32,000 bases of DNA, taken from contig NC_014148.1 of NCBI RefSeq assembly GCF_000092105.1, forward strand, positions 2,460,001-2,492,000, read 5' to 3'. The stretch comes from Planctopirus limnophila DSM 3776 (lineage in GTDB: Bacteria > Planctomycetota > Planctomycetia > Planctomycetales > Planctomycetaceae). The position numbers and the translations under genes are program-made. This document shows positions 1 to 8,053 of the stretch, in pieces (the stretch's first letter is position 1; every line of letters begins with the position of its first letter). The notes under the pieces are model-generated. The model ran no database searches, was not told the origin of the DNA, and was given only the letters and a program-made list of their open reading frames with translations.

Positions 1-900
1 CGCCTTGTGATCGGCCACAGTTCGCCACAGGGTCATCGCGATGTTGGGATTCTTCTCATCGGCGAGACCGAGTGGAACGCTGACCATCCTGATCTGCGAG
101 AACACCGATGCAAGTGCCAGTTCTGGCTCCTTGAACTTCGGTGACAGTTTGAGATAGTGGGTTGTTCGCACGAAACGATCGGCGGCACTGATGGTGCCAG
201 GCAGGAATTGACTCCCCCCGATTCGCTCCCAGTAAGTGTTCAATGCCAGTTGCTGATCGAACGTGGGAGAGTTCGTCATCACCCGGTACTGCGAGCCGTG
301 GTGTATCACAAGCTTGCCATCGATGTATTCCAGGATTGCAGAGTCGCCAGTGGAATCAGAGAGCGAAAGGTGCAGGCCTGCTGCGTGACCATTGGGCAAG
401 GCGGGAGCGATAATAGCAAAGGGAGGATCAACCATCGCAGCCACGGCCTCTTTCACTGTGGCAAAATTGTCGAGGAAATACTGAGCCCAGGCACCAGCGG
501 TCAGGGTTGGCTTTCCCGATTTCGCAGCGTCACCCCACTCCGTTTCCTTCAGATATAGCAGGTTGGTGACGAGACCTTCCTCATTCATGCCGTCGGCCGT
601 GCCTACATCGTAGAATGAGACTGCAATCAAACCGTACTTGGCGGTCCATTGGATGGGGTTAGCTCCCACCGTGCCATCACGCTTCATTCCCCTGGGGAAG
701 ACCCACAGCGCGGTCTGAGCCGATGGATCCATCCAGTCCATGGACCGTCCTGTGATGTACGATTGATAGCCCGTCTCGTAAACAAGACGTGTACATGCAA
801 ATGTGCTTGGTGGAGTGGCAAGCAACGTCGCGATGGCAAGACACAGGCAGACCTTGCTCCTGGAGGCGAAAAACCATCTCGAATTCTTAATCTGATTCAT
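1..900 (-). CDS. Choloylglycine hydrolase / linear amide C-N hydrolase family (Ntn Cys-hydrolase), secreted. Partial: the C-terminus lies beyond the window start.
   Basis: I translated the minus strand by hand from the ATG at 900-898. It stays open for 300 codons to position 1 and is missing from the ORF track because it runs off the edge. N-terminus is MNQIKNSRWFFASRSKVCLCLAIATLLATPPSTFA|CTRLVYETGYQSYITGRSMDWMD, a signal peptide ending just before the nucleophile Cys. The CTR..., GRSMDW and DGMNEEGL motifs are typical of the penicillin V acylase / bile salt hydrolase family. Confidence 0.8.
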   Translation of the reverse strand, partial: MNQIKNSRWFFASRSKVCLCLAIATLLATPPSTFACTRLVYETGYQSYITGRSMDWMDPSAQTALWVFPRGMKRDGTVGANPIQWTAKYGLIAVSFYDVGTADGMNEEGLVTNLLYLKETEWGDAAKSGKPTLTAGAWAQYFLDNFATVKEAVAAMVDPPFAIIAPALPNGHAAGLHLSLSDSTGDSAILEYIDGKLVIHHGSQYRVMTNSPTFDQQLALNTYWERIGGSQFLPGTISAADRFVRTTHYLKLSPKFKEPELALASVFSQIRMVSVPLGLADEKNPNIAMTLWRTVADHKA

Positions 901-956
901 TTTGACTCTCTGGTTCCGCGGGAGATACAGGGGAGTGCTCAAGTCAATGTGCGGTT

Positions 957-2657
957 CTATTCTGCGACGTAGATTGTCTTCCCATCTTTGATTGTCTCCA
1001 TCACCTTCAGGTCCGACAGGCTCAGGATGGGCACATTATGCGGATTTTTGTCCAGGATCACGAAGTCTGCCAGTTTGCCCACCTCAATTGACCCTCGGTT
1101 TGTCTCTTCGTAATGGTGATAGGCGGGCCAAATCGTGAGTGACTTTAATGCCGCCTCGACCGGAATGCATTGGCTGGCCCCGAGGATATCGCCGCTGCGG
1201 GTACGGCGGGTCACCACAGACGACAGAATACGGATCGCGTTAGGAAGTGCTACCGGGGCGTCATGGTGCTGAGAGAAAATCATATCTCGGCGAAGAGCCG
1301 AACGAGCCGGGCTGATCCGCTCAGCGCGCTCCGCTCCAAGCACCGAGTCCCGGTGCCAGTCGCCCCAGTAGAAGCAGTGCATGCCGAACATCGAGGGGAT
1401 CACGCCACACTCCTTCATCAAGTCGAGTTGATCCTCGCGAACCGTCTGGCAGTGGATCATCACGTCCCGGCGGTCGTTGCCGGGGCCGAACTTCGCGCGT
1501 GCGTCCTTGATCGCCCCCAGCATCATGTCGCCGGCGGCGTCACCGTTGCAATGGACGAGGAACTGCCAGCCCTTCTCGTAGCACAGGGCGATCTTGCGGT
1601 TCACGTCCTCGACGGGCATGGCGGGATAGCCGCGGAAACTGGCCGGTTGACCATGCGGCGGCATGAAATACGGCTGCGTCAAGAATGCGGTCTTACCCTG
1701 CGGTGAACCATCCAGACTGATTTTTACCCCAGCGATGCGATACCCGCCCTTCAGGTTTTTGGCATACCACGGGGTGTCCAGACCGAAGGGCTTTTCACTG
1801 AACGAAATGTCCGGGTAGCTGATCACGTCGATGAGCAACTTCCCCTTCTCGGCCAGTCGCATCCATGACTTATCAATCAGTTCGATGGATCGCCCCTCCT
1901 CGGCCATGGTGTACCCTTGGGCGGCGTACATCTTCATCCCGGCCTGAGCCAGGCCATCCAGTTCGGCCTCGCCCATCTTGGGCATCACCTTCATCAGCGC
2001 GGTGAGGTGGATCGTCTCTTCGAGTACGCCGTCCGGGGTCTTGCCGTCCATCTCGCGGCGGATCACCCCGCCCGTCGGGTTCTTACTTTCGGCGGAAATG
2101 CCGGCGATTTCCAGCGCCTTCGTGTTGCACGCGCCCAAGTGGCCGGACTGGTGGATGCAGTAGACCGGTAGGTCTTTCGACACCTCGTCCAAGTCGTGCC
2201 GGTTGGGGTGCCGCTGCTCCTTCAGTTGGGCGTCGTCGTACCCAAACCCGAGGATGATCTTGAACTTCTTTGAGGTCTCGGTGGCCGCCCACTTTTTCAG
2301 TTCGGCTTGCAGGCTGGGGATGTCCTTAACCGTGTGGTCAGGCGGGGGTAGCAGGTTGGCCGAGACCGCCTGGAGGCCGCAGTTGAAGACGTGCCCGTGG
2401 CCGTCCACAAATCCCGGCAACAGACACCGGCCACCCAGGTGAATCAGTTTGGTATTGTCATCCTTGAGCCTGAGCACATCCGCTGTCTTGCCGACGGCGA
2501 TGATCTTGCTCCCTTTGATGGCCACCGCTTCGGCGGTCGGGTTCTTGTCGTCGATGGTCACGATTTCGCCACCATGGTAGATCGTGTCAGCCGATTGTCC
2601 CCAAGCGATTCCAGCGGTTGTCACTACACACAGCATCAACAAACAGGTTTTCGTCAT
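957..2657 (-). CDS. Metal-dependent amidohydrolase (amidohydrolase-3 / YtcJ-like), probably exported
   Basis: The ORF spans 957..2720 (587 aa). I prefer the internal start M22 at 2657, which gives MTKTCLLMLCVVTTAGIAWGQSAD, a signal-peptide-like N-terminus. It has an HxH metal motif (GFVDGHGHVFN) and a length and C-terminal region (HCQTV, SQHHDAPV) typical of amidohydrolase_3. The start could instead be 2720. Confidence 0.8.
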   Translation of the reverse strand: MTKTCLLMLCVVTTAGIAWGQSADTIYHGGEIVTIDDKNPTAEAVAIKGSKIIAVGKTADVLRLKDDNTKLIHLGGRCLLPGFVDGHGHVFNCGLQAVSANLLPPPDHTVKDIPSLQAELKKWAATETSKKFKIILGFGYDDAQLKEQRHPNRHDLDEVSKDLPVYCIHQSGHLGACNTKALEIAGISAESKNPTGGVIRREMDGKTPDGVLEETIHLTALMKVMPKMGEAELDGLAQAGMKMYAAQGYTMAEEGRSIELIDKSWMRLAEKGKLLIDVISYPDISFSEKPFGLDTPWYAKNLKGGYRIAGVKISLDGSPQGKTAFLTQPYFMPPHGQPASFRGYPAMPVEDVNRKIALCYEKGWQFLVHCNGDAAGDMMLGAIKDARAKFGPGNDRRDVMIHCQTVREDQLDLMKECGVIPSMFGMHCFYWGDWHRDSVLGAERAERISPARSALRRDMIFSQHHDAPVALPNAIRILSSVVTRRTRSGDILGASQCIPVEAALKSLTIWPAYHHYEETNRGSIEVGKLADFVILDKNPHNVPILSLSDLKVMETIKDGKTIYVAE

Positions 2658-3612
2658 TAGACCCTTTCTGGACGCATTCTTATCTTTCAAATTCCGAAAA
2701 ACGCCCTGCCATCGATCCATGTGATGGCCTAGGCCATAACACAGGACTCTCCCACAACCGTGCCCTTACTCAGCAGAGGCCGCTTGATGCCATACGCGGC
2801 AAGCTGTCAATTCAGTACGACATTATGGCCAATAGGGCGTTCATGTACAGCAGCATCTCATCAAGGACCGCCTGAGAGCCAGTCCTGATCGATCTTATTG
2901 ACCGTCCAAATCGGGCAGCGAGTCCAGGTTGCCGCTTCAAATGCCGTTTATAAGGATTGAGCCCGGTGCATGAACCGTTAAGTCCATAAAGTTGGTAATA
3001 CACTCGATGCGGCCATTCGGGGCGAATGACTTCGGTGACTTTCAAGATGTTTCCTACGATCGTTCAGACATAATCGCTTTTAACGAAACGGATAAAAGTT
3101 GAGCAGACGTTCGGTAACCTTGACGATACCAGAAACAGAATGAGATGACTTGTGGCGACTTCCCAGTCACGGACTCATGTCAGAAAAGTTCTATTCGCGT
3201 TCTCGTTCCTCGACTTTGATGACCTCTTGTCTTGTATGCCGTATAGCTAGCAGGGCCGGAGGATTCTGAATTTTCTATGGGGTTTACGGGGATTCCCAGT
3301 CGAAGAGCCCGAATCCAAAAAATCGGTCTTTGATTCGATTGCAAAAATCAGGCTCTGTTGGGGTTAGGGAATAGAACCTCCAACAAGAAGTTCTACGCAG
3401 GTCGCTGCTGTCGAGCGAATCGATGCCAGCGTGAGCGGCCACCCTTGGGCAACGGCTCCCTGCACAGCCAGCATTTCTGCCGAACTTGTGAAACATCGCC
3501 CACAACGCCATACTGTGTTCTTTTGCAATTATTGTGCAGTTAATTTGGTGTTGAAATGGTGTGGTTCACTTTCAACGAGATCTTTCCAAGGCTTTTCCCA
3601 AGGGGTTCCACG

Positions 3613-4746
3613 ATGATTCGGCCAGCACATGAGTTTGACGTGGTCGTGATTGGAGCAGGGCCAGCAGGGATCGGGGTCGCTTGCGTTCTCAAGGCTTTAG
3701 GCTTGGAAAACTTTGTCGTGTTCGACAGGTACGAAGTCGGCGCCAGTTTTCAACGCTGGCCCCGGGAGATGCGACTGATAACTCCATCATTCCCCAGTAA
3801 CGCTTATGGGTTCCCTGACCTCAATGCCATAACGGTCGATACTTCTCCCGGGTACACACTTGAAACGGAACACCCAACCGGTCGTCAATATGCATGCTAT
3901 CTGCGTCGTGTTGTGAAGGAGTTCAACGTCCCGGTGCAAACCGGAGTCAATGTCACTGAAGTTCGATCGACCACTGACGGCTTCGAGATCATGACTCATG
4001 CGGGTACGAGGACAGCCAAATACGTCATCTGGGCCGCTGGAGAATTTCAGTATCCGAAAATCGATCCTTTTCCCGGCGCTGAGTATTGCCCGCATACAGC
4101 AACCGTTTCCAGCTGGAGAGATGTCGCTGGCGATGAGTTCCTGATCATTGGCGGCTACGAAAGTGGAATCGATGCAGCTACAGCGCTATGTCGATTGGGA
4201 AAGACGGTAACGGTTCTCGATCGCCGGTCCATTTCATCGTCTGTGACATCTGATCCAAGTGTTGTACTCTCTCCTTTTACTCAAGCTCGTCTGCGACAGG
4301 CCGATCGAACGGGGCGGCTGTCAGTACTGGAAAACTTCAAGGTGATGCAGGTTCAACGCGAGGGTGAAGAGTTTCTGGTGATTGGGAGGCAGCGTCAGAA
4401 GAAGCAAACTGTCCTTCGCACAAAGACTCCGCCCCTTCTGGCGACCGGCTTTGATGGCAGTCTCTCTTTAGTTAAGTCTCATTTCGCAAGAGATGAAGCC
4501 GGCGTGCTCCAACTTTCGCCGGATGACGAGTCAACGATTACGCCAGGGCTGTTTCTATGCGGACCAATGGTGCGGCATGGAGCGATCATCATGTGCTTCA
4601 TCTACAAGTACCGACAGCGATTTGCAGTTGTTGCGAATGCGATTGGTCAACGAATGGGGCTGGATCTCTCGCCACTGGAAGTTTATCGCAAAAAGCAGAT
4701 GTTTCTGGATGACTTGTCATGCTGCCTCGATGAATGTGCCTGTTGA
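3613..4746 (+). CDS. FAD/NAD(P)-binding oxidoreductase (CzcO / flavin-monooxygenase-like) with a Cys-rich C-terminal tail
   Basis: The ORF is 3556..4746. The start at 3613 places GxGxxG (FDVVVIGAGPAGIG) at the N-terminus and has AAGGGG about 9 nt upstream. There is a second dinucleotide fold (LIIGGYESGIDAA) and an ATG motif (LLATGFDGS). The C-terminus is DDLSCCLDECAC. Confidence 0.75.
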   Translation: MIRPAHEFDVVVIGAGPAGIGVACVLKALGLENFVVFDRYEVGASFQRWPREMRLITPSFPSNAYGFPDLNAITVDTSPGYTLETEHPTGRQYACYLRRVVKEFNVPVQTGVNVTEVRSTTDGFEIMTHAGTRTAKYVIWAAGEFQYPKIDPFPGAEYCPHTATVSSWRDVAGDEFLIIGGYESGIDAATALCRLGKTVTVLDRRSISSSVTSDPSVVLSPFTQARLRQADRTGRLSVLENFKVMQVQREGEEFLVIGRQRQKKQTVLRTKTPPLLATGFDGSLSLVKSHFARDEAGVLQLSPDDESTITPGLFLCGPMVRHGAIIMCFIYKYRQRFAVVANAIGQRMGLDLSPLEVYRKKQMFLDDLSCCLDECAC

Positions 4747-4814
4747 GCATGCTCTGTTGCGATCAGTGAAAGTTCCCACTGAAACCTTCCGTTTTTATTT
4801 AGCAGGGATCCATC

Positions 4815-6494
4815 GTGACGATAACAATAGCTCTAGAACGTCAAACAGTGCTTCTGGCAGGTCGAGAAAGTGTGGGGAAAAGCCAGCTGGCTGCTGCCTG
4901 GGCCAATCAACCGGCGCGATCGGATAATTTCCGGGGCTCAACTGTTCACATCGAACACTACCGTACTGAGCGATTCGATCTGGTTGATACACCGGGAATT
5001 CTTAGAAGCTCCGACAGCGAGACAACTCGTCTGGCTATGCAGGAAATGGACCAGCACGAAACCGTGCTTCTCGTCGTGCAGGCAACCTGTCTCGACGAGG
5101 ACTTAGCCGAGATGCTGCCATTATTGAAAGGGAAGCGAGGCGCGGTCGCTGTCACATTCTGGGATAAAGTACAACCGGGAGAGGCCTCGCAAGAGGCTCT
5201 TGAACGTCTGGAAAAGGAGACCAGGCTACGATTCATTGCTATGAATGCTCGGATGCCAGCAACAGAACAACTACGCGAACTCGAGGAAGCCATCGAGCAT
5301 TCACAGGCTTTTCCTGAGAAACCACCAAAGTCAAAAACTGGATGGCGCATTGAGCCTAGACCGGGGATTCTGGAAGGACGATTCGGGGCAGTTTTTTGCC
5401 TGATACTACTTCTGATTCCAGCCCTTCTGACAATATTTGGTGCGAATCGACTGGCCGACTTTCTGCATCCACTGGTGGCTCAAGCAATCCAACCAGCTAT
5501 TGAGTGGGTCAATGCCAGTTTTCCCGCATGGCTGGCAGCCCCATTGACTGCCGAATATGACGACTTTGGCTATGGTTTGCTCAATATGGGGCCTTTCCTG
5601 CTCGTGTGGGCATTTCCGACCGTTTTACTATTCTCAGTAGTCAGTGCGATTTACAAAACGACAGGACTGATTGAACGGATTAATGTCACTTTGCATCCTT
5701 TAGTTCGCCCACTGGGCTTAAGTGGCAGAGACCTGGTGCGAGTTCTGGTAGGCTTTGGCTGCAATGTGCCCGCGGTGATCAGTACTCGAGCATGCTCCTC
5801 CTGTTCGCGGGGGAATGCGATCTCGGCGATCTCTTTTGGGGCAGCCTGCAGTTATCAACTGCCCGCGACGCTGGCAGTTCTCTCTGCTGGCGCAGTTGCT
5901 AACGGAACGAATCCATTATGGCCCATGTTTGGCTATTTCGCCTATCTACCCGTAACCACGATGATTTATCTGAGGCTGACATCAACTTCTGTTTCGAGAG
6001 ATCGCCTGAACATGCTGATGCATTTCCAGCGACCATTCCTGCAATGGCCGTCGTGGGCGGCGATTTATCGGGAAATCCGAGGGACTTTGGAACAGTTCCT
6101 ATTTCAGGCCATGCCGATTTTCGTCGTGATCTGTGGAGTGACATCCTTGCTTGCGTACAGTGGAGCGATTGCGGTTCTTTCGGCCGTACTCTCACCAATC
6201 ATGACCATCTTTAATCTACCTGCTTCAGCATCAGTCGCTATGGTTATGGCAAGTATTCGAAAGGATGGAATATTCCTGTTGACACCTTTGGAAGGAGCTG
6301 CGACTCCCATGACAACGCTCCAGTTTCTTACTGCCGTCTATCTTGCAGGAGTATTGTTTCCTTGTCTCGTCACTGCATTGCAGATTTCGCGAGAGATGGG
6401 CTGGCGGTTTGCCGTGAAAATGATGGCTCGTCAGGCGATTTTTGCATCACTTTTTGCTGCATTTCTGGGATGGATTGGCGCCTTTTGGAACTGA
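4815..6494 (+). CDS. feoB: Ferrous iron transporter FeoB (G-domain plus polytopic membrane domain)
   Basis: GTG start. G1 is AGRESVGKS and G3 is DTPG. The membrane core VGFGCNVPAVISTRA closely matches the FeoB signature GFGCNVP. The C-terminal two thirds contain multiple hydrophobic helices. The G4 region is atypical (TFWDKV). Confidence 0.8.
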   Translation: MTITIALERQTVLLAGRESVGKSQLAAAWANQPARSDNFRGSTVHIEHYRTERFDLVDTPGILRSSDSETTRLAMQEMDQHETVLLVVQATCLDEDLAEMLPLLKGKRGAVAVTFWDKVQPGEASQEALERLEKETRLRFIAMNARMPATEQLRELEEAIEHSQAFPEKPPKSKTGWRIEPRPGILEGRFGAVFCLILLLIPALLTIFGANRLADFLHPLVAQAIQPAIEWVNASFPAWLAAPLTAEYDDFGYGLLNMGPFLLVWAFPTVLLFSVVSAIYKTTGLIERINVTLHPLVRPLGLSGRDLVRVLVGFGCNVPAVISTRACSSCSRGNAISAISFGAACSYQLPATLAVLSAGAVANGTNPLWPMFGYFAYLPVTTMIYLRLTSTSVSRDRLNMLMHFQRPFLQWPSWAAIYREIRGTLEQFLFQAMPIFVVICGVTSLLAYSGAIAVLSAVLSPIMTIFNLPASASVAMVMASIRKDGIFLLTPLEGAATPMTTLQFLTAVYLAGVLFPCLVTALQISREMGWRFAVKMMARQAIFASLFAAFLGWIGAFWN

Positions 6495-6542
6495 TTTTGT
6501 CACGCTGGGAAAACATGCTAAATAACTGATGATGTCCCTATT

Positions 6543-7973
6543 TCAAGCGAAGATTTCGCGTGCAACTTGACCGGCGACATCGGTCAAGCGGAACTCTCGT
6601 CCGCCGTATTCGTAGGTGAGAGATTCGTGGTCCAGCCCCATGAGTGCCAATAACGTCGCATGCAGATCATTGGTGTGCATTTTCCCTTCCACTGCAAACT
6701 GGCCAACTTCGTCCGTCGCGCCAAAAGTAAAGCCAGGCTTCACACCGGCACCAGCCAGCCACATCGGATAGCCGGTGATATTGTGGTCTCGTCCATCTGG
6801 GCCTTGAGCCGAAGGGAGACGACCAAACTCGCTGCCAAACAACACCAATGTGTCTTCCAAAAGGCCACGGCTTTCGAGGTCTGCCAGAAGTGCTGCAGCC
6901 GGTTGATCAACAGCCTGGCAATTGTTCATCAGACCGCGATGAAGGTTGTTGTGCTGATCCCAGCCCGGATGGCAGATTTCGACAAACCGAACTCCCGCTT
7001 CACTCAAGCGGCGAGCCATCAGGCATTGCCTGGCAAAACTGCCGGCAGGCCCATCTTTGATTCCATACGCTTGTTGAATATGCTCAGGCTCTTTAGAGAT
7101 ATCGAGCAACTCAGGTACTTTCGACTGCATTCGAAAGGCAAGCTCGTAAGAAGAGATCACACCTTCAATCGCAGAGGGAGCATGCGGCCTGGATGCCAGA
7201 TCTTTATTCATGGACTGAATCAGGTCGAGCTGGCGACGCTGGAGTGCGATGGGAGTCTGTGCTTCAAGATTCGGTAGATAGCCGGCATCATTAATACGGG
7301 TTCCCTGATAGTGAGCGGGCAGAAAAGCGCTGCCATAGTTAACGGTACCACCAAAATTGGGAGGTGGATTGATTGTAATATAACCTGGCAAATCCTGGTT
7401 CTCCGTACCAAGACCATAAAGCAGCCACGAACCGATCGATGGTCTCGTCAGTGAGGCAATGGCTGTCCCGGTATGAAGCTGAATGACGGCCTGTGGATGT
7501 GCAGGAGTATCGGTGTGCAATCCACGCAGCCAGCAGAATTTATCGACATGTTTGGCTAAATGCGGATGAAGCTCAGAGACCCACGTACCCGTCTCTCCAT
7601 ATTGGGCAAACTTGTATCGCGAAGCCATCAGCTTGCCACCACCTGGACCGCTCTGGCCGTCCCGCGCCTGGAGTTCTGGTTTGTATTCCCAGGTATCCAT
7701 CTGGGAGATCGCGCCCTGCATGAAGAGGAAAATTACCCGCTTGGCTTTGGCGGGAAAATGTGGCTTTCGAGGTGCCAGATGCCCTGGAGGCAAAGCCGGC
7801 GCAACCTCCTCACTGCGTGCCTTGCTGGCCAACAGTGCCGACATGGCCAGATAGCCAAAACCAGCACTGGCCGACTTGAGCAACTGACGGCGGTCAGGCA
7901 GAAAGCGACCCAGTGGCTGACCATTGTGATCGGCATTTCCCCGTGGAATGGATCGGAAGCTCATGAAATTCAT
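6543..7973 (-). CDS. DUF1501 family protein (sulfatase-like fold) with a Tat-type signal
   Basis: Twin-arginine leader DRRQLLKSASAGFGYLAMSALLA. GRDHN motif (PDGRDHNITGYPMWLAGAGVKPG) and a FGSEFGR region typical of planctomycete DUF1501. It lies 80 nt downstream of the PSCyt gene on the same strand. Confidence 0.85.
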   Translation of the reverse strand: MNFMSFRSIPRGNADHNGQPLGRFLPDRRQLLKSASAGFGYLAMSALLASKARSEEVAPALPPGHLAPRKPHFPAKAKRVIFLFMQGAISQMDTWEYKPELQARDGQSGPGGGKLMASRYKFAQYGETGTWVSELHPHLAKHVDKFCWLRGLHTDTPAHPQAVIQLHTGTAIASLTRPSIGSWLLYGLGTENQDLPGYITINPPPNFGGTVNYGSAFLPAHYQGTRINDAGYLPNLEAQTPIALQRRQLDLIQSMNKDLASRPHAPSAIEGVISSYELAFRMQSKVPELLDISKEPEHIQQAYGIKDGPAGSFARQCLMARRLSEAGVRFVEICHPGWDQHNNLHRGLMNNCQAVDQPAAALLADLESRGLLEDTLVLFGSEFGRLPSAQGPDGRDHNITGYPMWLAGAGVKPGFTFGATDEVGQFAVEGKMHTNDLHATLLALMGLDHESLTYEYGGREFRLTDVAGQVAREIFA

Positions 7974-8053
7974 CCTTGCAAAAATCAGGCACTACGTATT
8001 TTTTCGAGCATTGAACAAGAGATAGACTCTGTCACCTCTTTGCATCAATCAGA

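Noticed and set aside
1170-2660. Several long plus-strand ORFs (1170..1706 at 178 aa, 1917..2171, 2203..2442, 2391..2660) and the minus-strand ORF 2083..2292, all inside the amidohydrolase gene
   Set aside because: They are alternative-frame or antisense products of a high-GC coding region. Their composition is R/A/G/P/H-rich, they have no recognisable motifs, and they fully overlap a well-supported gene.
3360-3485. Possible cobalamin riboswitch (AGGGAA followed by a hairpin, GCCACCC, and the B12-box-like AGCCAGCATTTCTGCC)
   Set aside because: Only fragmentary resemblance. The conserved GGTG...AAATCC loop is missing, the B12 box matches just the outer positions, and the downstream genes (flavoprotein and feoB) are not typical B12-regulated targets. 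An Infernal scan would be needed to revive this idea.
2812-3511. Minus-strand ORFs 2812..3045 (77 aa) and 3284..3511 (75 aa), and the small plus-strand ORFs in the same gap
   Set aside because: Their composition is rich in R, C, W and S. They have no motif and no plausible start context, so I treat them as noncoding.
3524-3538. TGCAATTATTGTGCA as a possible Fur box upstream of the flavoprotein-feoB operon
   Set aside because: It matches only about 7 of 14 positions of the 7-1-7 Fur dyad, and only the terminal TGCA arms are self-complementary.
4493-5350. ORFs bridging the flavoprotein/feoB junction (4493..4927 plus strand, 4870..5106 plus strand, 4958..5350 minus strand, 4795..4992 minus strand)
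   Set aside because: They overlap the motif-supported flavoprotein and FeoB frames and have no features of their own.
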